Assembly (NCBI GenBank): GCA_951406725.2
Contig: OX597836.1
Coordinates: forward strand, 248,001 to 312,000
DNA: 64,000 bases
Source of the DNA: Octopus vulgaris
Taxonomy: Eukaryota
Direction of reading: 5' to 3'
A program made the position numbers and the translations under genes. Shown here one piece after another: positions 38,501-48,058 of the stretch (positions are counted from its first letter, which is position 1; the number at the start of each line of letters is the position of its first letter). Below the pieces are notes generated by a model that was not told where the DNA came from, did no database searches, and saw only the letters and a list, made by a program, of their open reading frames with translations.

Positions 38501-41500
38501 GATTTAGTAATAATAAATATGAAATAATAATAATCTTTTCTACAAAAGGCAAAAGGCTTGAAATTTGGTGGGGAGGGGGATAGTCGATTACATCGACCCC
38601 AGTATTTGACTGGTATTTATTTCATCAACCCCAAAAAGCAGAAAGGTAAAGTCAACCTCAACGAAATTTGAACCCAGAATGTAAAGACAGATGAAATTAC
38701 GGCTATGCATTTTGCCCTGTGTGCTAACGGATCTGCCACCTTATAAATAATAATAATAATAATCCTTTCTACAAAAGGCACAAGGCCTGAAATTTGGTGG
38801 AGGGGATAGTCAATTACATTGACCCCAGTACACAGCTGGTACTTATTTTATCAACCCTGAAAGGATGAAAGGTAAAACTGACCTCAGCAGAATTTGAACT
38901 CAGAACGTAGTGACAGATGAAATACCACTAAGCATTTCATCCAACATCTTAACGACTCTGCCATCTCACCATCTTAGAAACAATAATAATGATCCTTTCT
39001 ACTAAAAGCACAAGGCCTGAAATGTTGAGCAAGGGGACAAGTCAATTACACTGACCCCCCAGTGTTTCACTGGTACTTAATTTATCACCCCTGAAAGGAT
39101 GAAAAGCAAAGTTGACCTTGGAGGAATTTGATCTCAGAACTTAATGATGGGTGAAATTCCGCTAAGCATTTCATCCAGCATATTAACAACTCTGCCAGCT
39201 CACCATCTTATAATAAATAGCAATAAGAAGAAGAAGAAGAAGATGTTTGTAGTTCACTTGAAGTATCAGAAGTAAAAAGATGAATGAAATGAGAAATAAG
39301 GAAAGCTGCTAACACTGCAGAAAGCTTTTAAATCCTTTATATTCTGGGCACAAAAGCCTTTTCTCAAAAGAATACAGTTAAAAAAATGTGTATTTACATA
39401 GATCCTGCCATTTTGGATATCCCAGATCAGCAATTTTAAGAGGAGGGGTTAGAAAATATGGTTCCTCATTAATCAAGGATCACTCAATCCATTTCCATCC
39501 ATTTTTATTACTAATGCTCCTCAAGACCACATTTATTTCCTCCTTTAATGAAATAATATTAAGAAGTATATTCTGATCTGGAGAGGAATATTTCTGCCAA
39601 GCTGACATACCTTAAGATATCCAATATATTAAATGGAGATAAATTTTTCACAAGTCTTTCTAATGCCTTTTTTATTTTTTGTAGTAGTTTTTAACAGAAT
39701 GATGCTGAGGAAAAAGTTTTGGCATTCACAAACTGCTAGAAATAGCAATCAAATCTCCCTCAAACCACTAATATGATCTCGAGTTCCCTGTGCATAAAAA
39801 AAAGATAGGACAGTTATGGCTGGAATGCCTTTGATTACTTGTTGGATCAACCAGTGTTAACCTGGGGTTAAACATGATATACAAGAGAGATGAGAGAGAG
39901 AATTTAGGAAAAATAGAGAAGCGGTAGAGACAACTGATATTGTGTCAAGTCAGATGAAATCTGGATTACTAAAAGAGGTTGAATCTGAGAAAGTTCTAAC
40001 TCATCAGAAGATGGCAAACACCAACAGGATTAATTTTTGTGTGGTCAATGTCTTCATTCTACATTATCAGCTTATTTGTTGACCACTTTCATCACAGAAA
40101 TTTCAATGAATATATTATAACCAACCTTACCTATACAGATATTTGAATTCTCTGCAAAACTTTTGGCCATTCGAATTGATTGTTCCTAATGAAAAGAAGG
40201 TAAACATAGACATAAGGAAAACAAATAAAAGGTTTTAAATTTGAATAAAAAGTATAATTACATTTCATTTCAGTTAAAGACATGAGATAACAATGAAGAT
40301 AACAAAAAAAGAAAAAGAAATGAGATGTTTCTAAAGAGTTGCTAAAGTTTGGATTTTTCAGTGTAATGAGGACAAAATATATTGATGTCTTATTTTGGAA
40401 CATTGTAAGAAAGCAGAAGAAGGAATAACAAAAGGAATTAGATTCATCAAAAGAGCTAAAAGATTGATATGCAAGTAGCAAGTTGTGAGGAGCTGAGACT
40501 TTAGTACTAAAGTGATTCCAGCCATGGTAAACAGCCAAAAGTGGAATATACCTCACAAAGATGACTTCAGCTAAAAGTCTTCAGTGATAAAAACCATTAA
40601 CATCTTTGGCATCACCTCTGCTTCCATAACACAAACCCACTAATTTTAAAGAATTCATATTTAAATGGAAACCTTTCATCGTAATTTTATGAAAAATCTT
40701 TTTGTTAAGTCATGTCCTAAACATTAGTTTAATAATTAAAAAAATAACTATTTCACTAAATCCTCCAAATTCTTGATTATTTCCAAATTTAATTGAAACA
40801 TGTAAAACAGTATATTTTATTAGAAATATAGTCATGAAAGAGCTAAGAGATATTTTATTTCATTTTATTGAGTCCATCACTTGTCAGATATTATTTTGTA
40901 GCAGTGTATCAGATTGACAAGCACCAGAGTCCAATCAAAATATTTTAGAATCCAAAAGGACCAGCAATTCTGCCAGATATAAATTCCATTGGAATAGAAG
41001 AGAAATTTTTTATTAGATGCAGCATAAAATTCCATCTTACCACTTTAAGAGGCCCATGAACTGTGATCTTAGGTACATTAATTGCTTCAAGAGTCAGGGC
41101 TAAACCTAAAAATATAAGAAAAAATATTCTGAAGTGTTCCTTACAGTACACTGATCTATTTAGACTAGTGTTTTTATCTTGGTTGTTCAAGTCACAAACT
41201 ATCAACCATTGCACCCTTCAGCCTTCTTCAGGGATCTCTCATATTTGATAATGTTCTCATTCCATTATACATGCGAGGGAGATTTCGTATTATGATGTCG
41301 GTTACAAGCTCACACTGCATAAACCAAAGTGTTTGAAATTCTAAGAACATTACCAAATACAAGAGGCACCTGAAGAAAACCAGAGAATACAACAGTCAAA
41401 ATGCTGTCACTATAAAAACTAAGATGGTGATACTAACATGAATAAATCAGCATATAATATTGATAACTCATCTCAGAAATTTAGAGAAAAATTAAAATGC

Positions 41501-44500
41501 TCACATTTTAAATTAAAATCTTAATCAAAAGCTAACTGAACAATGAATTCCAATTAGAATTCTGGGATTCCAGTAGGTCAAACACTAGCACTACCACATC
41601 TTCATGATTCAGTTCTATATTTAAGAGATAAGGAATTATGTACATTATTTACAATTGACAGATATTTGTCCGCAACTTGTTTTTTGTTAATACAACATTT
41701 CAGCTGATATACCCTCCAGCCTTCATCAAGACACCTGCTGAGGGTGGAGGGTATATCAGCCGAAATGTTGTGTTAACAACAAATATCCGTCAATTGTAAA
41801 TAATTGATTGTCATTGTTTTTTTTTATGCCTGCTTTTCCATGCTAAGTCAGATATATTTTTCTTGAGGAAGCATTTTACAGCTGGATGTCCTAGACACCA
41901 ACCCATTTAGTTGCTTCATACAACACTCAGGAATTCAGGGTACTTCTGTGTCAGGTAGCTTGATCCAGATGTTGGTGTAGACCAAATGGATCTCCTTGGC
42001 ATAACCAAAATGGATCTTTCAGTCATTGACTTGGCATGAGGCAGAGAGCTACGCAATCCAAACATTTGCTATGGATTGGATGGTGAAGAAAACATATGCA
42101 GAAAAAGAATTCTAGAGTCATAATTCTTGTCTAGGCAGATTGAAACATGTATCCAGCATATATGAAACACAGTTTGTTTTTTTTCCAGAAAAAATAACAT
42201 GAATTCAGAATACATAAATCTAAAAATGGTTCCACATACCAAGAAGGCCTCCAATATTGTTCCAGCTATTATGCGTTATGAAAACATTCTCTAACCGTGA
42301 TAACTTAAATCTTTCAAAAAGAAGAAGAAAAAAAAAAGAAAATGAAACATTAGAAAGCAAATTGCAAAACAGCAGAACAAAGACATAATATTTTGGCAAC
42401 TAAGAAATTCAGTTTCAAAAACAACAACATTGAAAATTATCATAATCCAGCCAAATCCCACCAGTTTCATCTGAAAGTAGTTTACATCTTTATAGAAATG
42501 TTTATGGCATTACTTCTAATGTTTCCAGTAGTCTCAATTTTATCCTGTTGTATCTTGGTGATCTACAGAAGTAACACTATTTTCTATGTATATTCATAAT
42601 GCAAATGCCTCTAAAGCTACAAAAGACTTGTGAAGACCATCAAATACTGCAGTTAAAATACCTTTTTACACTTAAGTAAGTCTTCATTATTCAGTTCACC
42701 TATTGCAGAACTTCTCCTTCAGGTTCCATGTCCAGAATGTAGGACATAGGTGATCATGTACTACTATAATTCTGTTCTTTGTTTTCTGTAACAGTTCCAC
42801 ATCTTGAGTGTTAACGAGTCTTTCTTCCAACTCGTTCATCAAGCTTGAAATCCATGTCCTCCTTCTCCCTCCTCTGCTTTTTTCCTTTCAATCTTTCCAT
42901 TCATCGCTGATTCTCTAGGACCACTTTAGTTGCTTGGCCCTTATCTCATGCAGCAGTTTCCTGCTGGAGATAACATTTCTAAAAGCTATCTGCAATACTC
43001 TATGATCCTATCCCAGAAGGAGATTTACCTCTCGTCTTTTTTAAGCCCTGGTCTGCAAATGCTCTTTCTAGCTTTAGAGATAGTTACATTACAATTATAC
43101 ATAGAAAATAGCATTATTTCTGATGATCACAAAGGTATGACAAGATAGAGCTGAGACTAACAGAGAAAAGATGTCTTCTTCTGTATCAAGAAAATACAAT
43201 TAAGTGAACATTGGCACAGTTTAGCATTCAGATTACTCTGTGAAATGTAATGCATATTTATTCATGTTGTTTGGAATTAATCACGCATTATCTTGTAGCT
43301 TCAAGATTTTGATGATGTGATTGTTTATTTTTAGAATGACATTTCTAAAAATAGAGTGACCAGTTTCAACATAAAACCGGTACAAGATTTGGATTGGATT
43401 TGGCTGTTTTAAATGTGAAAAGCTTAATTGTAATCTGAGATAAACAAACTGAAGCATTGAGCCCTAATTTTATGGAGAATTAAATAAATGGTACCAAACT
43501 ATCAGAATTTTTCTACTACTAAGACATTATTTTTATTAATAACTACATAAGATAAAGCATAAAAATATTAGAACTTAACCCTTTCATGATAATTTTTCAA
43601 AATGAGCAGACCATTTCTGTGTTCAATAAATGATACTGACTAAATCCAATCTCCCAATTTCCAGTACCATAATGCAAGCAGGAATAGGATTGGAAATTAT
43701 TTTATGCTGGAAACATAACAGCTTTTGTTTTTTTCCATCAAAAAAATCCTTAAAGGTACCTAATACTTTTGAAGTACAAGTACAGTGTTGTTGAATAGTT
43801 AAGAAATTTGCTTTGCAACCATCCTAATTTCATTTCCACTGCATGGCGTCTTGGGCAAATATCATTTGCCTCCAGTCAACCCATACCTGTGAGTGAAATT
43901 GGAGAGATAGAAACTGCAGAAAATCCTGCTAGGCAGATTGTATCCATAATCCAAAAGGAACAGCTTTGCCACATACTGTCTAATACTGATTACGGCTGAG
44001 AATTAAATTCAGTATACAAAATGTCTGGGGAATACTCAGCTACTTATTAAGGCGCAGGTAATTTAGTTCATTAAATGAGTAAACTCTCATCTTAAGTGAT
44101 GGAGATTCCCCACAAACCATACTTGAAGAAACACTTTTTGTCCTTTTTGCTCCCTACAAATGTTTAATGGTACACATAAAATATAAATTTCCAAAAGTGA
44201 GGAGGGACAGTCACTGAATGGTGCTTTATTTCATGAAATCCCTAAGGATGAAAGGAGAAGTCAACCTTGATGGGATTGACATTCAAAAACAAATTTATAA
44301 AAAAGAAAAAGATACACTTACTTATGTTCTGATGCAATCCTCTGAGTTCCTTCACCACAATTAAATAAATATCTACATTCAAAAGATTAAAAAAAAAAAA
44401 TACAGTAAAAGAATTATCATAAAGCAGATTCAGTGGCCAAGTAAATGAACTACCAGAAATTTTCTAAACCATTAGCTTCAATATTTGTAGATGAGCAGAA

Positions 44501-47385
44501 CAATATGTAGAAAATTAGAGTTTAGCCTCTCAAATGACTATATTTAAAAATGAATAAACTGCTTAATACAAGCAAGATTTTGGAAGAGTTTAGTGAAATA
44601 TCTAACTTTATACATATCACTGAATGTCATCAGTTTATAGTTTGATCAGTAATGTTCTACATGGCTGACTTTAGCCTTAAGGATGAAAGAAGAGCAAGAA
44701 TTTGTGGGCTGTAGAGGGTAGCAGAGAATGTTTCTTCAGAGATATAGTAGAGACATGTGAATGAAAAACCAAAGCTGAAGATAAGTCCAACAGGTAATAA
44801 AATAGTTGCTGCATGACTGAAAATGTTACAACTACACTTGATATGGTGTAGAGATGGTTGCATGGATAACAGGAGAAACAGAACACAACTGAAGGTGAGC
44901 AAAAAAAAAAAAAAAAAAAAAGAAAGAAACAGGCGATTGTTGGTGGCATCAATGATGCTCAGCATCACTGGAAAAAGCAATACTGTTGAAAGGTGGCAAC
45001 ATCATGGAGGTCTCTAGTGAAAAACAGATAAAGAAAATAAATGTCAAACTTCAAGGTGTATGTGAAATAAAATGTGATGTTAACCAACTAATATCTTTTA
45101 TACTCTATGTCATTCAAGAGTTGACTAAACAAGTACCAAACCTGTAAAGCATTAATTTAATTCACACCTCAACTGATAATGTGTGGCTGTATGCTAAGGT
45201 GTGTAACCAGTTGTTTTCTAGAGAAGAGGAGTTGATTTAATCAACTATACCCTCTTCAAGCTAAATTTCAGCCATGAGTCTAAATCTGCTTCTCCCCAAA
45301 TTTGTGGTTTTGTACTTAAATTTGAAATGATTATAACTGATGTCTAACACCAACAGACAGTCACTCATTTTGGATGCAGGTATAATCAATCCCAGCATTT
45401 GGTTAATATTTTATTTTACCAAGGCAGAAACATTAGCATGCTGGGCAAAATGCTTAGTGATATTTTGTCTGGCTTTATGTTCTGAGTTCAAATTCCACCA
45501 AGGTCAACTTTGCCTTTCATCTTTTCAGGGTACCAGTTGCACACTGGGGTTGATCTAACTGACTGGCCTCCTCCCCAAAAATTCTGGGCCTTGAACCTAG
45601 AGTAGAAAAGAATATTTTATCTTACCAACCTAGAAAGAGTGGAAGACAAATTTAACTTTGATGCAATTTGAATTTTGAAATGTAAAAGGCTGTAACTAAA
45701 AACATCAAGGAATTTTGTCCAATGCCCAGCTCTGTTGAGGACATCAACAATTTTTTGGTTCATAACTCTGCTGAACACAGTTTAAAATTTTAGTCAAGAT
45801 GCCCATGAAGAAGTTTGCACTTGTCATCAGCAATGTGGTCGGGCATGTACAGATCTAACTGATTCCTGGTAGCCACCCACAACCTCCAACAAAGTAACCA
45901 GTGGTTTCTGTTACAGACCTGAGCTGACCAAAGCCTTGCGAATGGATTTGGTTGACAGAAACAGAAAGCCCACTGTGTGTGCGTGTGTTTGTATGTCCAC
46001 CACCACTCCTTGACAACCAGTGGTGGTTTGTAAGTCCTGGTGGGGATAGATTTGTTTGACTAAAACCGTTCAACGTGGTGCCCCTGCAGGGCTGCACTTA
46101 TTCTCTTTGAATCTCAACATCACTGGGATCGATGTGGCAGTGGCCTTTACAAACATTCAGTTGTTATATTGTGAGAATTTCATCGATCCAGATGTTGAGG
46201 AAATTCACACAGAATATCGAATGTTTATAGAATCGAATGAAATGAAATTTTGAAAGAATCTTTGATACTCGAGATGATAAACAATTCAATCATATATTTC
46301 GAGATTTCTGTGGCGCAAAGTAACGAGAGACAAAAAATTGCATCATTCCTCGTCATTAATACTTCTAAATTACCTAAGTGTTTTTTTTCTTTTTCTTGCT
46401 TTAAATCTGGTTTTAAAACGAAGTTGTAAGTATCGCAGTTATGTATCATTACAACTTAAAATTAGTGCTTTTAAGCGAAAGTAAAGATCACATACACCTG
46501 GTGGTTAGGGTTAGGTTTAGTGGGGGGGGGGGTCACGCCGAACATGTATTCTTTACCTCTGCCACTTTTTATAAAGTTGTTTCTACGCTTTCGTTTACCT
46601 TATTCTACCTTAAGATTAATGGGGGGTTTTGTCACTGCCGTTTCTAATGAAATATTTATAAGTTTACTAAATGTTTGTGTTCTATAAAACCTATTTGGTT
46701 TTCGTCACGGCATTTCGGGTACACTTCATATTTTCTCGAAATTACTCCGCAATCTTCGAAACCAATCGCAGACTAAAAGCAGCATTTAATTAAATTCTTT
46801 CTGTTAAATGTGAACCTTTACATTACGACTAAGTACGGCCTTCCTACATCCATAAAGGAAATATGGAGCTCAACTGAAGTGGATAGAAAGACACAGAAAT
46901 ATATTTAGTGTGTATAAAAAAAAATCAAACTCTACCACCAAAGACTCTGTAAAACTACAGTCTAATGTGTCCCTACCGTTTTAAAAGAGTAAGGTGTGAT
47001 AGGAGGTTGATTTGGCTGTTATTTCTAAAAGGTTGAGCGATTGTGTAGAGACTCCAAGGTTGTTATTGCGAGCAATTAGTTAGAATTCCTTTACTTACCG
47101 CACATGATCCGTTGACAGTATTACAGAGCGGGGTGTACCATAACCACCGCTACCAATAACCTCCAACTCTATTTTGCCAGGAATCGGTAATTTCCCTCCG
47201 ATCTGCTCCCTGTAACGCACATGTCGAAGCTTCTCCTTCGTCGTCTGGGCTTTTGGCATCTCCTGAAGGAGTCGTTTTACTTTGTTTGCGCTGGCACGAG
47301 AATGGTAGGCTGTTAACACTGATGGCGAAGGGAAAAAGTATGTAGGTTTGGCAATTTTCCAAACTGGGAATATCAATATATTCAT
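10026..47385 (-). CDS. ELAC2: Zinc phosphodiesterase ELAC2 / long-form RNase Z (tRNA 3' endonuclease), 21 coding exons, 813 aa
   Basis: Exons 5' to 3': 47099-47385, 44322-44372, 42240-42310, 41041-41105, 40131-40185, 38242-38382, 37526-37590, 34246-34304, 33001-33061, 31429-31480, 29610-29775, 27823-28065, 27103-27221, 25267-25369, 24751-24892, 21112-21260, 18914-19004, 18547-18667, 15795-15873, 13005-13149, 10026-10202. All GT-AG with compatible phases, total 2442 nt. Motifs: [20 protein letters not shown] arm, [48 protein letters not shown]. Confidence 0.95.
11197..11600 (-). mobile_element. Two tandem family-A SINEs (one truncated, one near full length)
   Basis: Reverse complement of the 794-1017 element (tttctttactacccacaaggggctaaacacagag...gaatttgaactcagaacg...tctgccagc). 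Confidence 0.85.
12036..12340 (-). mobile_element. RTE LINE endonuclease fragment
   Basis: [27 protein letters not shown]...[18 protein letters not shown]. Confidence 0.8.
13005..13149 (-). CDS. ELAC2: ELAC2 coding exon 20
   Basis: [31 protein letters not shown]...GISFDNMR. Confidence 0.95.
13590..14465 (+). mobile_element. RTE LINE 3' region with internal ~40-bp tandem repeats
   Basis: [38 protein letters not shown]; repeated ttgagcgttgggcctcacagaggcaaag-like units at ~14190-14395; atgatgat tail. Confidence 0.8.
15795..15873 (-). CDS. ELAC2: ELAC2 coding exon 19
   Basis: [26 protein letters not shown]. Confidence 0.93.
16500..17300 (+). mobile_element. Decayed RTE LINE 3' region with a nested different LINE 3' end (~16919-17100)
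   Basis: [35 protein letters not shown]; nested segment encodes [22 protein letters not shown]. Confidence 0.75.
18547..18667 (-). CDS. ELAC2: ELAC2 coding exon 18
   Basis: [14 protein letters not shown]...[18 protein letters not shown]. Confidence 0.93.
18914..19004 (-). CDS. ELAC2: ELAC2 coding exon 17
   Basis: [30 protein letters not shown]. Confidence 0.85.
19550..20560 (-). mobile_element. RTE LINE RT and 3' tail fragments
   Basis: Minus strand reads [39 protein letters not shown]; tail ends in (gat)n like other RTE-tail copies. Confidence 0.82.
21112..21260 (-). CDS. ELAC2: ELAC2 coding exon 16
   Basis: [12 protein letters not shown]...[15 protein letters not shown]... Confidence 0.9.
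22785..23900 (-). mobile_element. Decayed RTE LINE 3' half and tail
   Basis: Reverse-complement similarity to the 13590-14465 and 16500-17300 copies. Confidence 0.65.
24751..24892 (-). CDS. ELAC2: ELAC2 coding exon 15
   Basis: [17 protein letters not shown]...[12 protein letters not shown] (HxHxDH). Confidence 0.95.
25267..25369 (-). CDS. ELAC2: ELAC2 coding exon 14
   Basis: [26 protein letters not shown] (PxKxRN loop). Confidence 0.93.
27103..27221 (-). CDS. ELAC2: ELAC2 coding exon 13
   Basis: [16 protein letters not shown]...KEHSQNL, tttcag/gtgagt. Confidence 0.85.
27823..28065 (-). CDS. ELAC2: ELAC2 coding exon 12
   Basis: [12 protein letters not shown]...[17 protein letters not shown]...[11 protein letters not shown], donor gttagt. 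Confidence 0.88.
29610..29775 (-). CDS. ELAC2: ELAC2 coding exon 11
   Basis: [13 protein letters not shown]...[21 protein letters not shown]. Confidence 0.9.
30550..31310 (+). mobile_element. Highly decayed RTE LINE RT/3' fragment
   Basis: [14 protein letters not shown]-like segment near 30575-30610 and downstream similarity to other RTE copies. Confidence 0.55.
31429..31480 (-). CDS. ELAC2: ELAC2 coding exon 10
   Basis: [17 protein letters not shown]. Confidence 0.85.
33001..33061 (-). CDS. ELAC2: ELAC2 coding exon 9
   Basis: [20 protein letters not shown] (flexible arm). Confidence 0.88.
33525..33930 (+). mobile_element. Family-A SINE copies (two, diverged)
   Basis: gagctgacagaatcattagc...ttcaaattctgctgaggtcaactttacctttcat. 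Confidence 0.75.
34246..34304 (-). CDS. ELAC2: ELAC2 coding exon 8
   Basis: [20 protein letters not shown]. Confidence 0.88.
34598..35930 (+). mobile_element. Head-to-tail cluster of about six family-A SINEs separated by (ATT)n tails
   Basis: Repeated heads gctggcagaa..gttagc, gttctgagttcaaatt, gcctttcatcc, aagtaccagt, all on the plus strand. Confidence 0.9.
37526..37590 (-). CDS. ELAC2: ELAC2 coding exon 7
   Basis: [22 protein letters not shown]. Confidence 0.85.
38242..38382 (-). CDS. ELAC2: ELAC2 coding exon 6
   Basis: [24 protein letters not shown]...ENSDP. Confidence 0.85.
38535..39210 (-). mobile_element. Head-to-tail cluster of three family-A SINEs in reverse orientation
   Basis: Three ~230-bp units (cctttctac...ggcacaaggcctgaaatt...aatttgaactcagaac...ctctgcca) separated by (AAT)n. 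Confidence 0.9.
40131..40185 (-). CDS. ELAC2: ELAC2 coding exon 5
   Basis: [18 protein letters not shown], cattag/gtaagg, phase-compatible. Confidence 0.82.
41041..41105 (-). CDS. ELAC2: ELAC2 coding exon 4
   Basis: [22 protein letters not shown]. Confidence 0.9.
41644..41804. repeat. Fold-back element with Penelope-like ends
   Basis: attatttacaattgacagatatttg/caaatatccgtcaattgtaaataat and ttgttaatacaacatttcagctgatataccctcca/tggagggtatatcagccgaaatgttgtgttaacaa form a long inverted repeat. Confidence 0.85.
42240..42310 (-). CDS. ELAC2: ELAC2 coding exon 3
   Basis: [23 protein letters not shown] (pseudo-His motif). Confidence 0.92.
44322..44372 (-). CDS. ELAC2: ELAC2 coding exon 2
   Basis: [17 protein letters not shown], ag/gt bounded. 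Confidence 0.92.
45423..45610 (+). mobile_element. Family-A SINE
   Basis: ggcagaaacattagcatgctgggcaaaatgc...gttctgagttcaaattcc... Confidence 0.8.
47099..47385 (-). CDS. ELAC2: ELAC2 coding exon 1
   Basis: MNILIF...[19 protein letters not shown]...[23 protein letters not shown]|gtaagt. Confidence 0.85.
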
Positions 47386-47640
47386 TTGTAAGTTATAACT
47401 TCGAAAAGAAGATTCATGTCAACAACAGAAGAACATCGTGGATGGACGACATTGAGTCAAGGGACGTAACTCTCGTTGACTTATCACTTTACGAAAAAGT
47501 CAGAGTTGCACCTCGGAACACATTTTACATAAACTATTATTGTTTATTATTGTTGATAGTTATTCTAAAATTCTAATTATATATAAAACTAGATGACTAT
47601 ACATAACGTCTGCACGACCGCGAGAAAATAATAGGTTTTA
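47386..47640 (-). promoter_or_regulatory. Putative ELAC2 promoter/5' UTR
   Basis: CpG-containing stretch just upstream of the ATG at 47385, with motif caagggacgtaactct at 47458-47473. Confidence 0.5.
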
Positions 47641-47669
47641 ACCATAAAATGATGTAATATTTCACGATA

Positions 47670-48058
47670 TTTCATATAAAATACTTTCTATGAGCTGGAA
47701 TTTTTTTTAGTGGAGTCAATTTTGAGTCAACACCTTATTCTTAAGTTCATCCCTCCGCCCATTCTGTATTCTTTATTCGTTTTCAAAATGTTTACATTCT
47801 TAAACCGAACTTAATTAAATGATAATGATATTTACATAGATATTTTAACTTTTTTTCTCTTGTATATATATTTTGTATTTCATATAAAATATTTTCTATG
47901 AGCTGGAAGTTTTTTTAATGGAGTCAACACCTTATTCTTATATTCCTCCTATTCTGTATTCTTTGTTCGTTTTCAAAATGTTTAAATTATTAAACCGAAC
48001 TTAATTAATGGTAATGATATTTACATAAATACTTTTATAATTTTTTTTCTCTTGTATT
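47670..48058. repeat. Direct tandem duplication of a ~190-bp AT-rich unit
   Basis: 47670-47865 and 47878-48058 share tttcatataaaata..tctatgagctggaa..gagtcaacaccttattctta..ttcgttttcaaaatgttta..taaaccgaacttaattaa..ttttctcttgtat. Confidence 0.85.
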
